This document shows positions 37,085-47,264 of a stretch of DNA of 64,000 nucleotides, one piece after another; position 1 is the stretch's first letter; every line of letters begins with the position of its first letter. Made by a program: the position numbers and the translations under genes. The notes below the pieces were generated by a model that saw only the letters and a list, made by a program, of their open reading frames with translations, did no database searches and was not told the DNA's origin. The DNA is from Marsupella aquatica (lineage: Eukaryota; Plantae; Marchantiophyta): the NCBI GenBank assembly GCA_973895155.1, contig OZ316894.1, positions 15,120,699 to 15,184,698 of the forward strand, written 5' to 3'.

Positions 37085-39952
37085 TGCGAGCCCTATGGAC
37101 CTAGAGAGCCCTATGGACCTAGAGAGCCCTGAAAGATTTTCCAAACCTATTCTCCTTTCCCTATCCACCGCAAAGATATATCTTCCAAGTTGCTGAGGGG
37201 GCAGACCAAACAATGCATACAAATATTTCACCAAGATTTGAGATGCCATCCTAACCCCCTCATAAAACTTGCAAGCAATGAATACATGATATTCATTCTC
37301 TATACTAGAGCTATCACATAGTTGACAAACCCTCTTTTTCCTGTCAATATCCTTCCATCTCCCTTGTTCTACTTCAAGGTGGTGTGAGCTTTACCATTAC
37401 CATTACCAGCTTAGTCTATACTGAGCAATAAGTTGTCTAAGTTGTACTGAGATAGTGCTAGATAAGTATTCTTGTTCTTGATATTTCTTCATGGGGTTCA
37501 CATCTCTCATGTAGTATTGCTGCCGTGGGCTAGGTTCATGCCAAAGTTTGTGCAAAGCCTTTTGCTCTTAGCTTGGTTGGGTGTGTTGGCCATTCATGTT
37601 CAGGAAAATCCCAAGCATCGGCCCACCTGCACACATCTGCATACCACCCTTTAGCTGAAGATGAGCGCAAGGCATGAAAAGGAAATCTGTTTTCCTCCAA
37701 CTCTTTTACACGCATGATGTATTTGAGTGTGTGGAAGAGTGCCTCCACCTCCAAAGGAAACAAGCCTGCCTCTGCAAGTGTAAGTGCATATGGGGTTTGT
37801 GACTTGATCCCAAGCTCCATCTCAAGAAATAGCTTTTGCAGCCCCTCAATCTGTTGCCACCCAGATTTAGACACACCTGCTCCCCAAATTGGTGCTCCAT
37901 AAAGAATGACTGGTTTCACCAAAGCTCCAAAGAGATGTTTCCTTAACCTCCAAGTGTGTAGACCAGCTCTTTTGCATTTGTTCATGAATGCATAAAAAGC
38001 TCTGTACCCATTGGCAGCCCTAGATTTTACACATGAGGCCCAACTCAAGTTTTGAGAGAACTCCACCCCAAGGTATTTGTAGGTCCTCACAAATTCCACC
38101 AGATTCCCTTGGAAGTAGAGCTCTGGATTTTGTTGTGTGCCAATGCCCAAACACTTGGTCTTCTTGAGGTTGACTACCAACCCTGTTGCTTGACAAAACT
38201 CCTCCAAGGCATTGAGATGTCTTTGCAAAGCTTCTTGAGCATGAGCAAGTAGGACCACATCATCTGCAAATATAAGAAGTTGGAGGACAAACCTACCCAA
38301 TTGAGTGCCAACTCCACCATGCTCCTCCAAAATGTTGTGTAGTTGATCAATGAAGATGCCAAAGAGAGTTGGTGAGAGAGGACAACCTTGGATCACCCCA
38401 AGAGTGCTCCAGATTTCTTCAGAGGTTTCCTTTGAAAGTTTGATGCGCACTTCTTGGTACAATTTAGAAACAGCCAACCTGAGCTCTTCAGGCACTTCCA
38501 ACTCCACCATCCTATCCCAAAGCTTGGATCGGGAAACTTTGTCAAAGGCCTTGGAGAAGTCCACAAACAAGCAAAATAATGGTTTATGTGGAGATTTGGC
38601 CTTTTCACACAACACCCTCAAGCGGAGAATGTGATCCATAGTGCTGAATTCTCTCCTAAAACCTGCTTGTGAAGGTGCCCTTTTCATCTCACTCTCCAAC
38701 CAAGAGCTTAATCTGGCTTCAAGTAGTCCTCCCAAAACTTTAGCAAAAGTATTGCCTACCATGATGGTTCTGTAGTTGTGCACATCGTCCTTGTTGCCTG
38801 CCTTGAAGATAGGCACCACTCTTCTGGTCATCCAAGCTTTAGGTAAACCTAAAGCCATTGCTTGATTCAGCTCATGCACCAAGTTTGTTAGTAAAGAGGG
38901 TCCTCCCCACAAAAGAAGCTCCAAGTTCAGGCCCAACAGATCTTTAGCTTTCCCATGTTGCATGTGGGAAAGATGCACCTTCACCTCCCTCTCTGTAAAC
39001 TGAATGGTGTCCCCAAGGGGCAAAGGCATGCCACTAGCATCTGGAAAGAAATACAAGGATGTGACATAGGTTACCAGGTCCTGGTGATCCAAGGGGGGAG
39101 TAGTCTTGCCTGATTGCATTCTCTCCCAAAAACGCTTTGGATGTTTGATAAACTCCTCACATAGTGATTGTTGATGACTCTTCAAGAAGCACCTCTTCTT
39201 GTGTTTGATGAAGTTCTTGTACATAGTGAATGCCAAAAGTCTCTTTTCCCCTGAATGTGATCTTGCTTGCATCCTTGCTCTAGCACAATCCTCGTCAAAC
39301 CAAGCCTTCATGTTTTGCTTTCTAGGGGGTTTGGTGGAGAAAGTAGAGGCTGCTGCTTGTGCTATGACTTCTGAGAGCTCAATCTGATCATCCAAGGTAT
39401 GGAGAAGATGGTCAAAGTTGGCTTTGAAGATGACTTCTCTATCAGGGTCTAGAAACAGAGGTTTGGGTACTGGCTTTCTATGCACTTTGTTTGGGATTGT
39501 GGTCAGGTCAAGATGGAACAACAAAGGCAAGTGTGAAGACTCTGGTTGTTGATCAAGTATTTGAAAGTCAACCACTCTAGTGGCAGAGGTAGGTGAGGCA
39601 AGAAGGTAATCAATGGTACTACATCCTTGTTTAGATCTAAAAGTGTAACCAGATGATTGGTGAAATCTCTCAAGCCCATTCAATATTCTTAGATTACAAG
39701 AAGCTCCCAAATGCAAAAAGTGACGTGTCATGTCATTTGTTCTGGTGTCAAGAGCCTCTCTCACCCAAGGTATCTCTTCACTACATGATGACCAAGGTAA
39801 AGTTCCTAAGTCCTCACTTTCAGTAAATTGTTCATTAGATACCCTAGCATTAAAGTCCCCCACTATCCATGTCTCCCCTAGTTGTGATATATCATGAATG
39901 ACTTGGATTAACCTATGAAATGGATAATGTGCATCAGCAATTCCCATCTTAA
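37085..39952 (-). mobile_element. Non-LTR retrotransposon (LINE; APE endonuclease + RT + C-terminal CCHC; RTE-X-like), truncated at both ends
   Basis: IVGDFNAR, STIDYLL, SSHLPL, QAGFR, FVDFSKAFD, GVIQGCPLSPTLF, FADD, YKYLGV. A shifted frame gives YRLS/SHHLEVEQGRW...CQLC...EYHVFIAC. Confidence 0.92.
37392..37407 (+). repeat. Tail-only (CATTAC)n insertion with 5-bp TSD AGCTT
   Basis: AGCTT-TACCATTACCATTACC-AGCTT; removing it restores RLSSHH in the LINE ORF. Confidence 0.85.
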
Positions 39953-39962
39953 ACTTTAGCAT
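37536..39962 (-). CDS. LINE ORF2 (EN-RT), main open segment
   Basis: 808-aa ORF with EN and RT motifs; continues after a frameshift to about 37090. Confidence 0.9.
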   Translation of the reverse strand: MLKFKMGIADAHYPFHRLIQVIHDISQLGETWIVGDFNARVSNEQFTESEDLGTLPWSSCSEEIPWVREALDTRTNDMTRHFLHLGASCNLRILNGLERFHQSSGYTFRSKQGCSTIDYLLASPTSATRVVDFQILDQQPESSHLPLLFHLDLTTIPNKVHRKPVPKPLFLDPDREVIFKANFDHLLHTLDDQIELSEVIAQAAASTFSTKPPRKQNMKAWFDEDCARARMQARSHSGEKRLLAFTMYKNFIKHKKRCFLKSHQQSLCEEFIKHPKRFWERMQSGKTTPPLDHQDLVTYVTSLYFFPDASGMPLPLGDTIQFTEREVKVHLSHMQHGKAKDLLGLNLELLLWGGPSLLTNLVHELNQAMALGLPKAWMTRRVVPIFKAGNKDDVHNYRTIMVGNTFAKVLGGLLEARLSSWLESEMKRAPSQAGFRREFSTMDHILRLRVLCEKAKSPHKPLFCLFVDFSKAFDKVSRSKLWDRMVELEVPEELRLAVSKLYQEVRIKLSKETSEEIWSTLGVIQGCPLSPTLFGIFIDQLHNILEEHGGVGTQLGRFVLQLLIFADDVVLLAHAQEALQRHLNALEEFCQATGLVVNLKKTKCLGIGTQQNPELYFQGNLVEFVRTYKYLGVEFSQNLSWASCVKSRAANGYRAFYAFMNKCKRAGLHTWRLRKHLFGALVKPVILYGAPIWGAGVSKSGWQQIEGLQKLFLEMELGIKSQTPYALTLAEAGLFPLEVEALFHTLKYIMRVKELEENRFPFHALRSSSAKGWYADVCRWADAWDFPEHEWPTHPTKLRAKGFAQTLA

Positions 39963-40245
39963 GCACGATCTGTTACGTCTCCAGTTTCGCGATTCTCAGC
40001 TCGGGGCGAAATTTCACTTTGAGTTGGAAGGGCAATCGGCTACGGTTTAAGCTCAGACTTTGCTAGAGCATTGGAAATAGCAAGAATGTATCATTGGCAA
40101 AGTTAGAGCTGCAACCGACATCGTTTGGTATGCACTTTAGCATGCGCGATCTGCTACGTCTCCAGTTTCGCGATTCTGAGCTCGGGGCGAAATTTCACTT
40201 CGAGTTGGAAGGGAAATCGGCTGCGGTTTGAGCTCAGATTTTGAG
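39953..40245. repeat. Tandem repeat, 181-bp period (~1.6 units)
   Basis: ACTTTAGCATGC.CGATCTG.TACGTCTCCAGTTTCGCG at 39953 and 40134. Confidence 0.85.
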
Positions 40246-40319
40246 GCTTGATACCAGAGTTGTACATTACAGAGTCCAAATTAGCTCCTGCAGAAGCAGA
40301 GGCTGGCGGATTTGAGGCA

Positions 40320-41843
40320 ATGGAGAAAGTTGTTCTTGGTGTAGCTGCCATTGTCGACCGGAGTAGATCAAGGAGACCTTGGAAGGTGCCGATGAAGGAC
40401 ACGTCCAAAGATGGATCAGTCTTGTATGGGAAGCAAAGTAAGTATTTTTCTCCTCTTTTTTTCATACCTCAGTCGGAGTAATTTTGTCTCAGTCACCTGT
40501 CTGACATTAACATGTTTTTTAGAGAAGAGAAAGGCTGCAGCATCCAGGAGTTTGAAGAGTGGGGCGGATGATGGAGAAGAACCCAAGTCTCTTGATGTTG
40601 AGGCCACAACAAAATCTGCTGTGGACCTGGGTTCAATCAAGCGTTTAAAGAGGAAGCGTAATGTCCAAATTCTCTCCGACTCGAATGAGGAGGAAGCATG
40701 CGTCGCTCAAGGAGTAGCACAAATGTGTGGTCTTAAGAAGGACGGTGAGAGGCATTTCTTGGCAAAAAGCAATCTCATGGAAACTGCAAACTCAATTAGC
40801 CAGAGGAAAGTAAGGCCTCCCTGGATGGGCAATGCGGATCAGTGGTTGTCTGGAATGAGAAAATCGAGCGAACACCCAAACCTAGTGATGATCAACGAAA
40901 AACATTACACTGGAATTGGTGCTCACTTGGGTTTCATTTTCCTTCCCACAGGTCATCGAACAAGTGTCACAGACCGGGAGGTCCCGAAGTGGAATGTTTG
41001 GAGTGAGAAATTACCATATTATTTCTTTGGAGTCATGCGTCCGATGCTTGCCGATGATGGTTATGTCGCAGTTCTTCACAGCTCTGACTATAACCATATG
41101 AGACAAAAATTATGTCGTCGAGCAGAAGAACAAATTCAAACATGTCCGGCAGTATTTGGTTTTGCTTTCATCTCCTTTGTATCAGGCAGATATGGACATC
41201 GAGGTAAGATATCCATGATATTTTACGTGCAGTTTTTGCTAGCGAGCTCGCTAACCAAAAGTACCCATTTCTGACATATTCTTGTTTTCAATTCAGGTAG
41301 TTACTCTCATTATGGATGTCTTCTGCAAGGTGGAATTCTCGGCAAAAGTCCCAAAACATACAGGATATGTTCCAATGACTTCCTCGGAGGATGCCCGCCA
41401 TAAATTGATGTTGAGTGTTTGCTACCCAAAAACTGATCCCAGTCCCAGGGCGGCTTTCGCAGGTTCCAATAGATTGTCAGTTGGGTTCATGCAAGCCATA
41501 ATGGAGATCCTTACTTTGCCAAAGGACATTGTCATTGACTGGACTGTTGGAGATGGAAGTGCTTTTGCCGTTGGGGAATACGCTGGGTAAACCCTAAACC
41601 CTAAACCCTAAATTACCATTACCATTACCATTTGTTGTGGGTGTTGAAGATCAAGACATTCTTCATTTGTGTGCGCAAAAACTTTGGCAAATGTGTTGGA
41701 TAGACATGCCCAGAAGTTGAAAGGGGCCGCATATCCGAAGAACGATGATCCCAATGATGAAGGATCGGATGATGAGTTCACGATCCCAGGAGATGATCAA
41801 GGAGGACCTTCAGACGAGAAGGATGAATTCGACCTGGAGTAAA
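40320..41843 (+). pseudogene. Spliced gene encoding a degenerate N4C/N6A (beta-class) DNA methyltransferase-like protein; disrupted
   Basis: Phase-consistent introns 40438-40522 and 41204-41296. AHLGFIFLPTG (motif IV position), FFGVMRPMLADDGYVAVLH, MEILTLPKDIVIDWTVGDGSAFAVGEYAG..FVVGVE (motif I-like). Frameshift near 41105; repeat insertion at 41588-41630. Confidence 0.6.
41588..41630 (+). repeat. Composite insertion (TAAACCC)3 TAAA (TTACCA)3
   Basis: Read directly from the sequence; interrupts a reading frame. Confidence 0.95.
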
Positions 41844-42302
41844 GCACTTGGCCTTTGATGTAGAATTCCCTTTTTGGTGTTTTTCTTTTATTTGTAGAAT
41901 TTTTGGATGTGTAGTATTGATCCGATGCTAGTGATTTCTTCAATGATAGGCGTTTGGATTGGTTTTTGGAGGAGAGATTCCATCTTCGGAAAGAAATCGA
42001 GGATCATTTTCTTGTGACCCCTGAAAAGGGATTTGCGCTTCCTTGATATGCTGAAAAGACTGCAAAGGAGGTTGATGAAGCGCCCGCTGTTTTGACTTGG
42101 GAGGGGAAAGGTCTGCGGTCAGTGAGGGGTGCTCGGAAAGCCCTTTACTGCCCTCAGTTCATAGATGATGGGGCTGGTACTGTAGCACAGTATGTTGACA
42201 ATTTGGCTGAGGAGACTGATAGGGAGTCGAGTAGTGTGGTGCGTCCCATGGCTCCCTAAACCCCAGAAACCCCCCTTCACAAGCCGATTCCCGCAGGTTT
42301 CG

Positions 42303-45300
42303 TGTGATGCCTAGCCAGGAACCACTGGGCTAGTTTAAGGGGAAAAGGGAAGTGTACCCTAGAAACACCTTAGTATAGTTACATAAATAAGGAAAATATA
42401 AACAATTAAGGGTGACTATGGAACCCGAGCCGAGGCCGGAAGTAAGGACGCCAGGGGAGAGAATACGATTAGGGTTAGGGCACGCTAAGTGCCGGCGGCT
42501 AGGGGTAACCAACGGGAGGGAGAACCTTAGGAGGAGAGGGGTAAGGACCGCTCGCGAGGAGTAGTGGCTCATTTGCAAGCACGCACTAGGCAGGCGACTA
42601 TGGGCGGCCAACTACTGTCAACTGCTTAGGCAAGCGCTCAGGGTGGGAACAGATACCGACTATCAACTCGAGAAGGGTATGAGCAATGTCAATCAAGCGG
42701 CACATTTTTGGGGATGCCTGTTTGAACGGGCAACTGAGTACATTGGGACTTACGAGGACGAAGAATCGGAGAGAGCAGCTCGGGAACGGCAGGAGCTCGC
42801 CCGATTGTGGGAGCTACAGAAAGCTGCTTTCTTAGGAGGGGAACTCATCAAGGCTGAATTCCTATGGACGCCTACTGGCAACGAGCTAGACGACCTGCTG
42901 TTTTGCGAAGATAGAGTCGTCAGCATCCGAGAAGCCATCAAACGCTACAACAACATACACTGGGAGTTGAAGGGTAGCACGGAGGGGTGGACAAAGGCAA
43001 CTGTGCTAGGAGAGACATCCACGGGAGCAAAGATGAAGAGGAAGGGGAACAACAATGAAGAGGCCACCCCGGCAAAAAGAACGAGGTCGGTGGCACCAAA
43101 GAAGCCAGCAGAACAGCAGAGCAGGAGGCAGAGAGAAGCCGAGGAGGAGGAGGTCAACCCCATCAATGCCATTCCAACAAACGATGACACCTGGAAAGGC
43201 TGGGCGGCGACCCTACCGGAGGAAGTGCAATTACACTTTGCACGAGAGGAGGATGCATGCTTTACAGCTATGCAGACCAAGAAGTACCAAGGCTTCATGG
43301 CCGGATCTGGCTTGGAAGCCTTCGTAAGATTACCATGGCTGAAGCCGGAGGTGCCGGACTCAGACTTGTTAGAATTTGTGGGATCATGGGAGTCCGAGAC
43401 CAATTCCACAAGGGTGTATGGGAAGGAATTCTATCTCACTCCCCGGGTGATTGCTGAAGTGTTTGGCTTGCCGATGGGTAATAAGACCAAGGTTGATACC
43501 AGGAAGACCCTACCTGACAAGGAGTTTCGGTCGTTCCCAGGACCATCAACAACTTGGAAGATATATCTTTGCGGTGGATAGGGAAAGGAGAATAGGTTTG
43601 GAAAATCTTTCAGGGCTCTCTAGGTCCATAGGGCTCTCTAGGTCCATAGTTTCTTTGAGGACATAGTTGTCCTCTTCTGAGCAATCTCTTTTGGTTGCTC
43701 TTTTCTTTGATTGCATTGTACTTTACTTTTTGTGGCAGCTCCTTTGACTTTCATGGTCCCAGAGCTTATAATACATTACCATTACCATTACCAAAGAATG
43801 GCTTCTTCCGGAACACCTGCACCAACCCGCACATCGGAGAGATGATCGATTTCTTGCGGGTAACCATGCACTGTAACTTGTCGAGGGCAGAGATCGGCAA
43901 GGCTCAGGTCTACCTGGCAGAAAGGCCAGACCCAAGCCAGGATTACAACGGGTACCTCCTCAACCAACTGAAGAAAATCTTGAAGGAGGAACAGCAGGTG
44001 ATTGGCGTGGGAAGCGTGTCCCGGCTTGGCTATCACATGCCGCTGTTGTGCCGGTATGCCAGAAGTCAAATCTTTGCCCCAGTACTTCCCCTATCGGCAA
44101 GAGCACCGGAGGAGGTCCCGGAGCAGACGCCGGCAATAGAGAAACCCAACCCGCCCGACAGTCCTACAATCGAGCAGGTGTTTAGGCCAAGGACGGAGGA
44201 CTTGCCGATGCAGCAACCAGGCATGCAGAATCTGCTGAAATTACTGGAGAAGGAAAAGAGAACGGCAATGGCAACGGCAACGACACCAATGCAGGACACT
44301 GCTCCAGAGGTGGGCCTAAGCCGACTTACAAGGGAAAACCCCTTTACTGGGGTCAAGGAGAGAAGGAGGTCGGAACACGAGCCGGGAGTCCGGATGTATG
44401 TCGGAGCCTCAAGTCCCGAAGCCGAGGAGAAGCAGGCCGTAGCTCCCGGCCACGACAAGGAGAACAAGAGATCAACACGGAAGCCGGAGGAGGAACCAAG
44501 ACCGGTGAGAGGTGAAGCCGTGTTCACAACAAAACCAGGAGAACAGCGGGAGAAGCCGGTAGTCCAAGCCGAGGAGGAGGCGGTAGAGGACTACAGCAAT
44601 GATGACTCCGGCTACGGGTCGGATCATCATGTTCCAGGAGTAAGGACCTGTGGCCGGTTCATGCCCACGCTCCCAAGAGTAGTTCGAGGAGACCCAAGCC
44701 AGCAGAGCAGCCCCGAGTCTCCCCCACCAGATGTCGCTCCCCCGAGCTTTGACGGCATAAAACAAACGGCGCAGGAATTTCAGGAGCGAATCAGGGAGGA
44801 AGAGGAGAGAGCCCTGACTAGGGAAAAGGATTTACCAGGAGGAGAATGGCCAGAGGACATCAGGCGGCTTGCAGAAAAACAAAGCATCCCTCCAGCCACA
44901 ATAGAAGAGATCCGCAAGGCGGCTTGGGAGCACAGGCCGCGGTGGATGATGCCGATGACTTCTACTTCCTCCACCTATGCTAAAAATAGAGCCATGGAGT
45001 ATGGGGAAATGTGTGGAGAGCTGGCGCTCAGCATCTTTGGGGAAGAGTTGGAGCAAGGACCCTTTTTCCAGAGGGAGATGTTGGAGAAGCGCCAATTAGA
45101 AGAAGCGGTGGCTTTGGAAAGAACCAAGAAGGACGAGGTCATCCGTCGGCTCAGGGCAAGGGAAGCCGAAATCAAAGACCTGAGGGCGGCCAAGAAAGCC
45201 CAAGATGAGCTACGGATTAAGCGGCATGAGCTAAATATCATGCAGGGCCAATTGGATACCGCACAGTCTGATAATCGGATTATCGAGAATAAATTGACTC

Positions 45301-47264
45301 GAACCCAAGAAGAGTTGGCCGATGCGATCAAGGAGCGGGAGAAGTGGAAGCGAGAGCTGAGGGATGCAGAGGAGGCCCACATAACAGCCAACAACCGGGC
45401 CAGGGCGGAGACCCAAAGAAGGGAAAGGGCATTGAAGGGGGAGCTCGAGGTTATCCGCGAAGCCCTTGAGAAGAAGGAGGCCGAGTTGGGGAAATCCTAT
45501 CAAGGGATTATTGCGCTGCAGCAGGAGCTTGCGTCCCTGGCGGCCAGCTTCAAGGCCGACCTGCGTGAGAAGGACAATATGCTCGATCAGACTTATGCCA
45601 AGATGAACCAGATGGAGTCTGTCATCATTGTAGAGCTCGACAAGGAGTTAAGAGCGACCCGGGAGGAGAGAGCTGCGTTTAAACAGGAATTGGAGGAAGC
45701 CCAAAAGGAGCTGGAGGAGGCCGCAAGGACTTGGATGAAGTGCAGGAAGAGTTGGAGGAAAGCACGCGGAAGCTAGAGAACTTACAACGACGAGCCGACA
45801 ACCAAACGGAGCGGCTGAAGAAACAAACCGCAGTATTTAAGTGCTTGGCTTCATCAGGGCCAACTCAAATTGAGGCCACTAAGTTACCAAGAGTGGTACT
45901 GGCCGAAGGACAAGCCGCGCCATTTGCACTAGTGCCGGAAGTAAGTGGGAAGGGGAAGGGGCCAGTTGCCGAACCAGAAAAGAAGAAGAAGCGGAAACCT
46001 TCAGGGTCAGGGAGTAATACGGCTCCACAGGCCGTGGTGACCAAGGAGGTAAACCCAGCACCGACCTCAGGCAGGGTTACGGTAGAGGATCCAACTACCC
46101 TAGAAGAAGGGGATGACAAAGCCGAGGCCAGGATACTCGGTAATGAAGCCGAGGTACCCAATCCGCCACTTGAGTGTGCAAGGGAGGCCGTAGCCGAGGC
46201 TGATGTTGAAGCCGATGCCGTTGCCGGGGGTGGACCCAGTCAGGCCGATGGAGAGTTGACTCAGTCAAGGGCAGGTAATCTGTCAGAGAACGAACCTACG
46301 GCAGTGGCTGAGGTGGAAGCGTTGGGGGCGTCCACTGAGGAACAGCCACCGCTGCCATGACGGTGGTGGAGGGCCGCTCCTTTCAAGGAGGGCGGACGTG
46401 GAGGGAGGAGGCGTGAGTGGGCAGGGCGGGCTCAGATCTCTAAGTTTAGGATTAGGATCAGGACCACGAGGCGGCCCTGACACTTAGCTTAGTGGGATTG
46501 CGGTTCCACTGGTAAGAGCAACACTTGTACTCCTGCCTCGCTGTACATAGGTAGATTCAGTTAGGTAGATTAAGCTTATGCTGCAAGGAATTAGGCGGAT
46601 CCACTACCAGGATAAGTACCTGGGCAGCGGGGAGCTCAGGGCCTCTTCTTTAGCAAGTTTTTAGTTGCACCAGCCGGGCTGGGATCAAGTAGTAAGAGAA
46701 GCTCTCGGTTAGTCATACAGTGACCCTTGTGTATATTCATGTTTCCTCATGCCTAAGAGCTGAATAGAGTTGGCCTCACGGCTTAGTTCGCAGAGCTTGT
46801 GTATGAGATGTACTGTTTGTATGGCAAGTGCATGGTATGACTCAGTCAGAAGGAGTCATTTTGCTATTTGTGTGTCGCATTAACTTGTGTGAAGAGTGCC
46901 CACATCAACTAATAGAGGAAGGAAAGTAAGCAAGAGAGTGAGAGTTGGATGTGTCGAGCTGAGAGAGGTCTTAGCGGCTTAACCAAGCCTATTGGGGATC
47001 ATTCCGGCGGCGGAATCCAAATATACCTAACAAGACGGAGGGGAAGACAAGGGAAGGCCTAGATTAAGCCGGCTACGTATCTCATGACCCGATGAAGGAT
47101 CTGTCCAGTATATGTGTGTAAAATGTTAATAGTAGTAGTAGAAGGAGGTTAGCAGCGTCCCATGCCACTAAGCCGCGGAAACGGCCTCGCCAAGCGCAAA
47201 ACCCGCGGGAATCAGCTTGTGAAGGGGGGTTTCTGGGGTTTAGGGAGCCATGGGACGCACCACA
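42303..47264 (+). mobile_element. Family A LTR (inner, inverted) with decayed ORF 42679-46360 and a PBS remnant
   Basis: TGTGATGCC...CACCACA followed by TTTGGC; colinear with the reverse complement of 7563-12200. Confidence 0.92.
43551..43792 (+). mobile_element. 5'-truncated LINE 3' end with (CATTAC)3 tail
   Basis: The first ~100 nt are the reverse complement of ~37092-37190. Absent from other LTR copies (GGACCATCAAC/AAAGAATGG). Confidence 0.9.
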
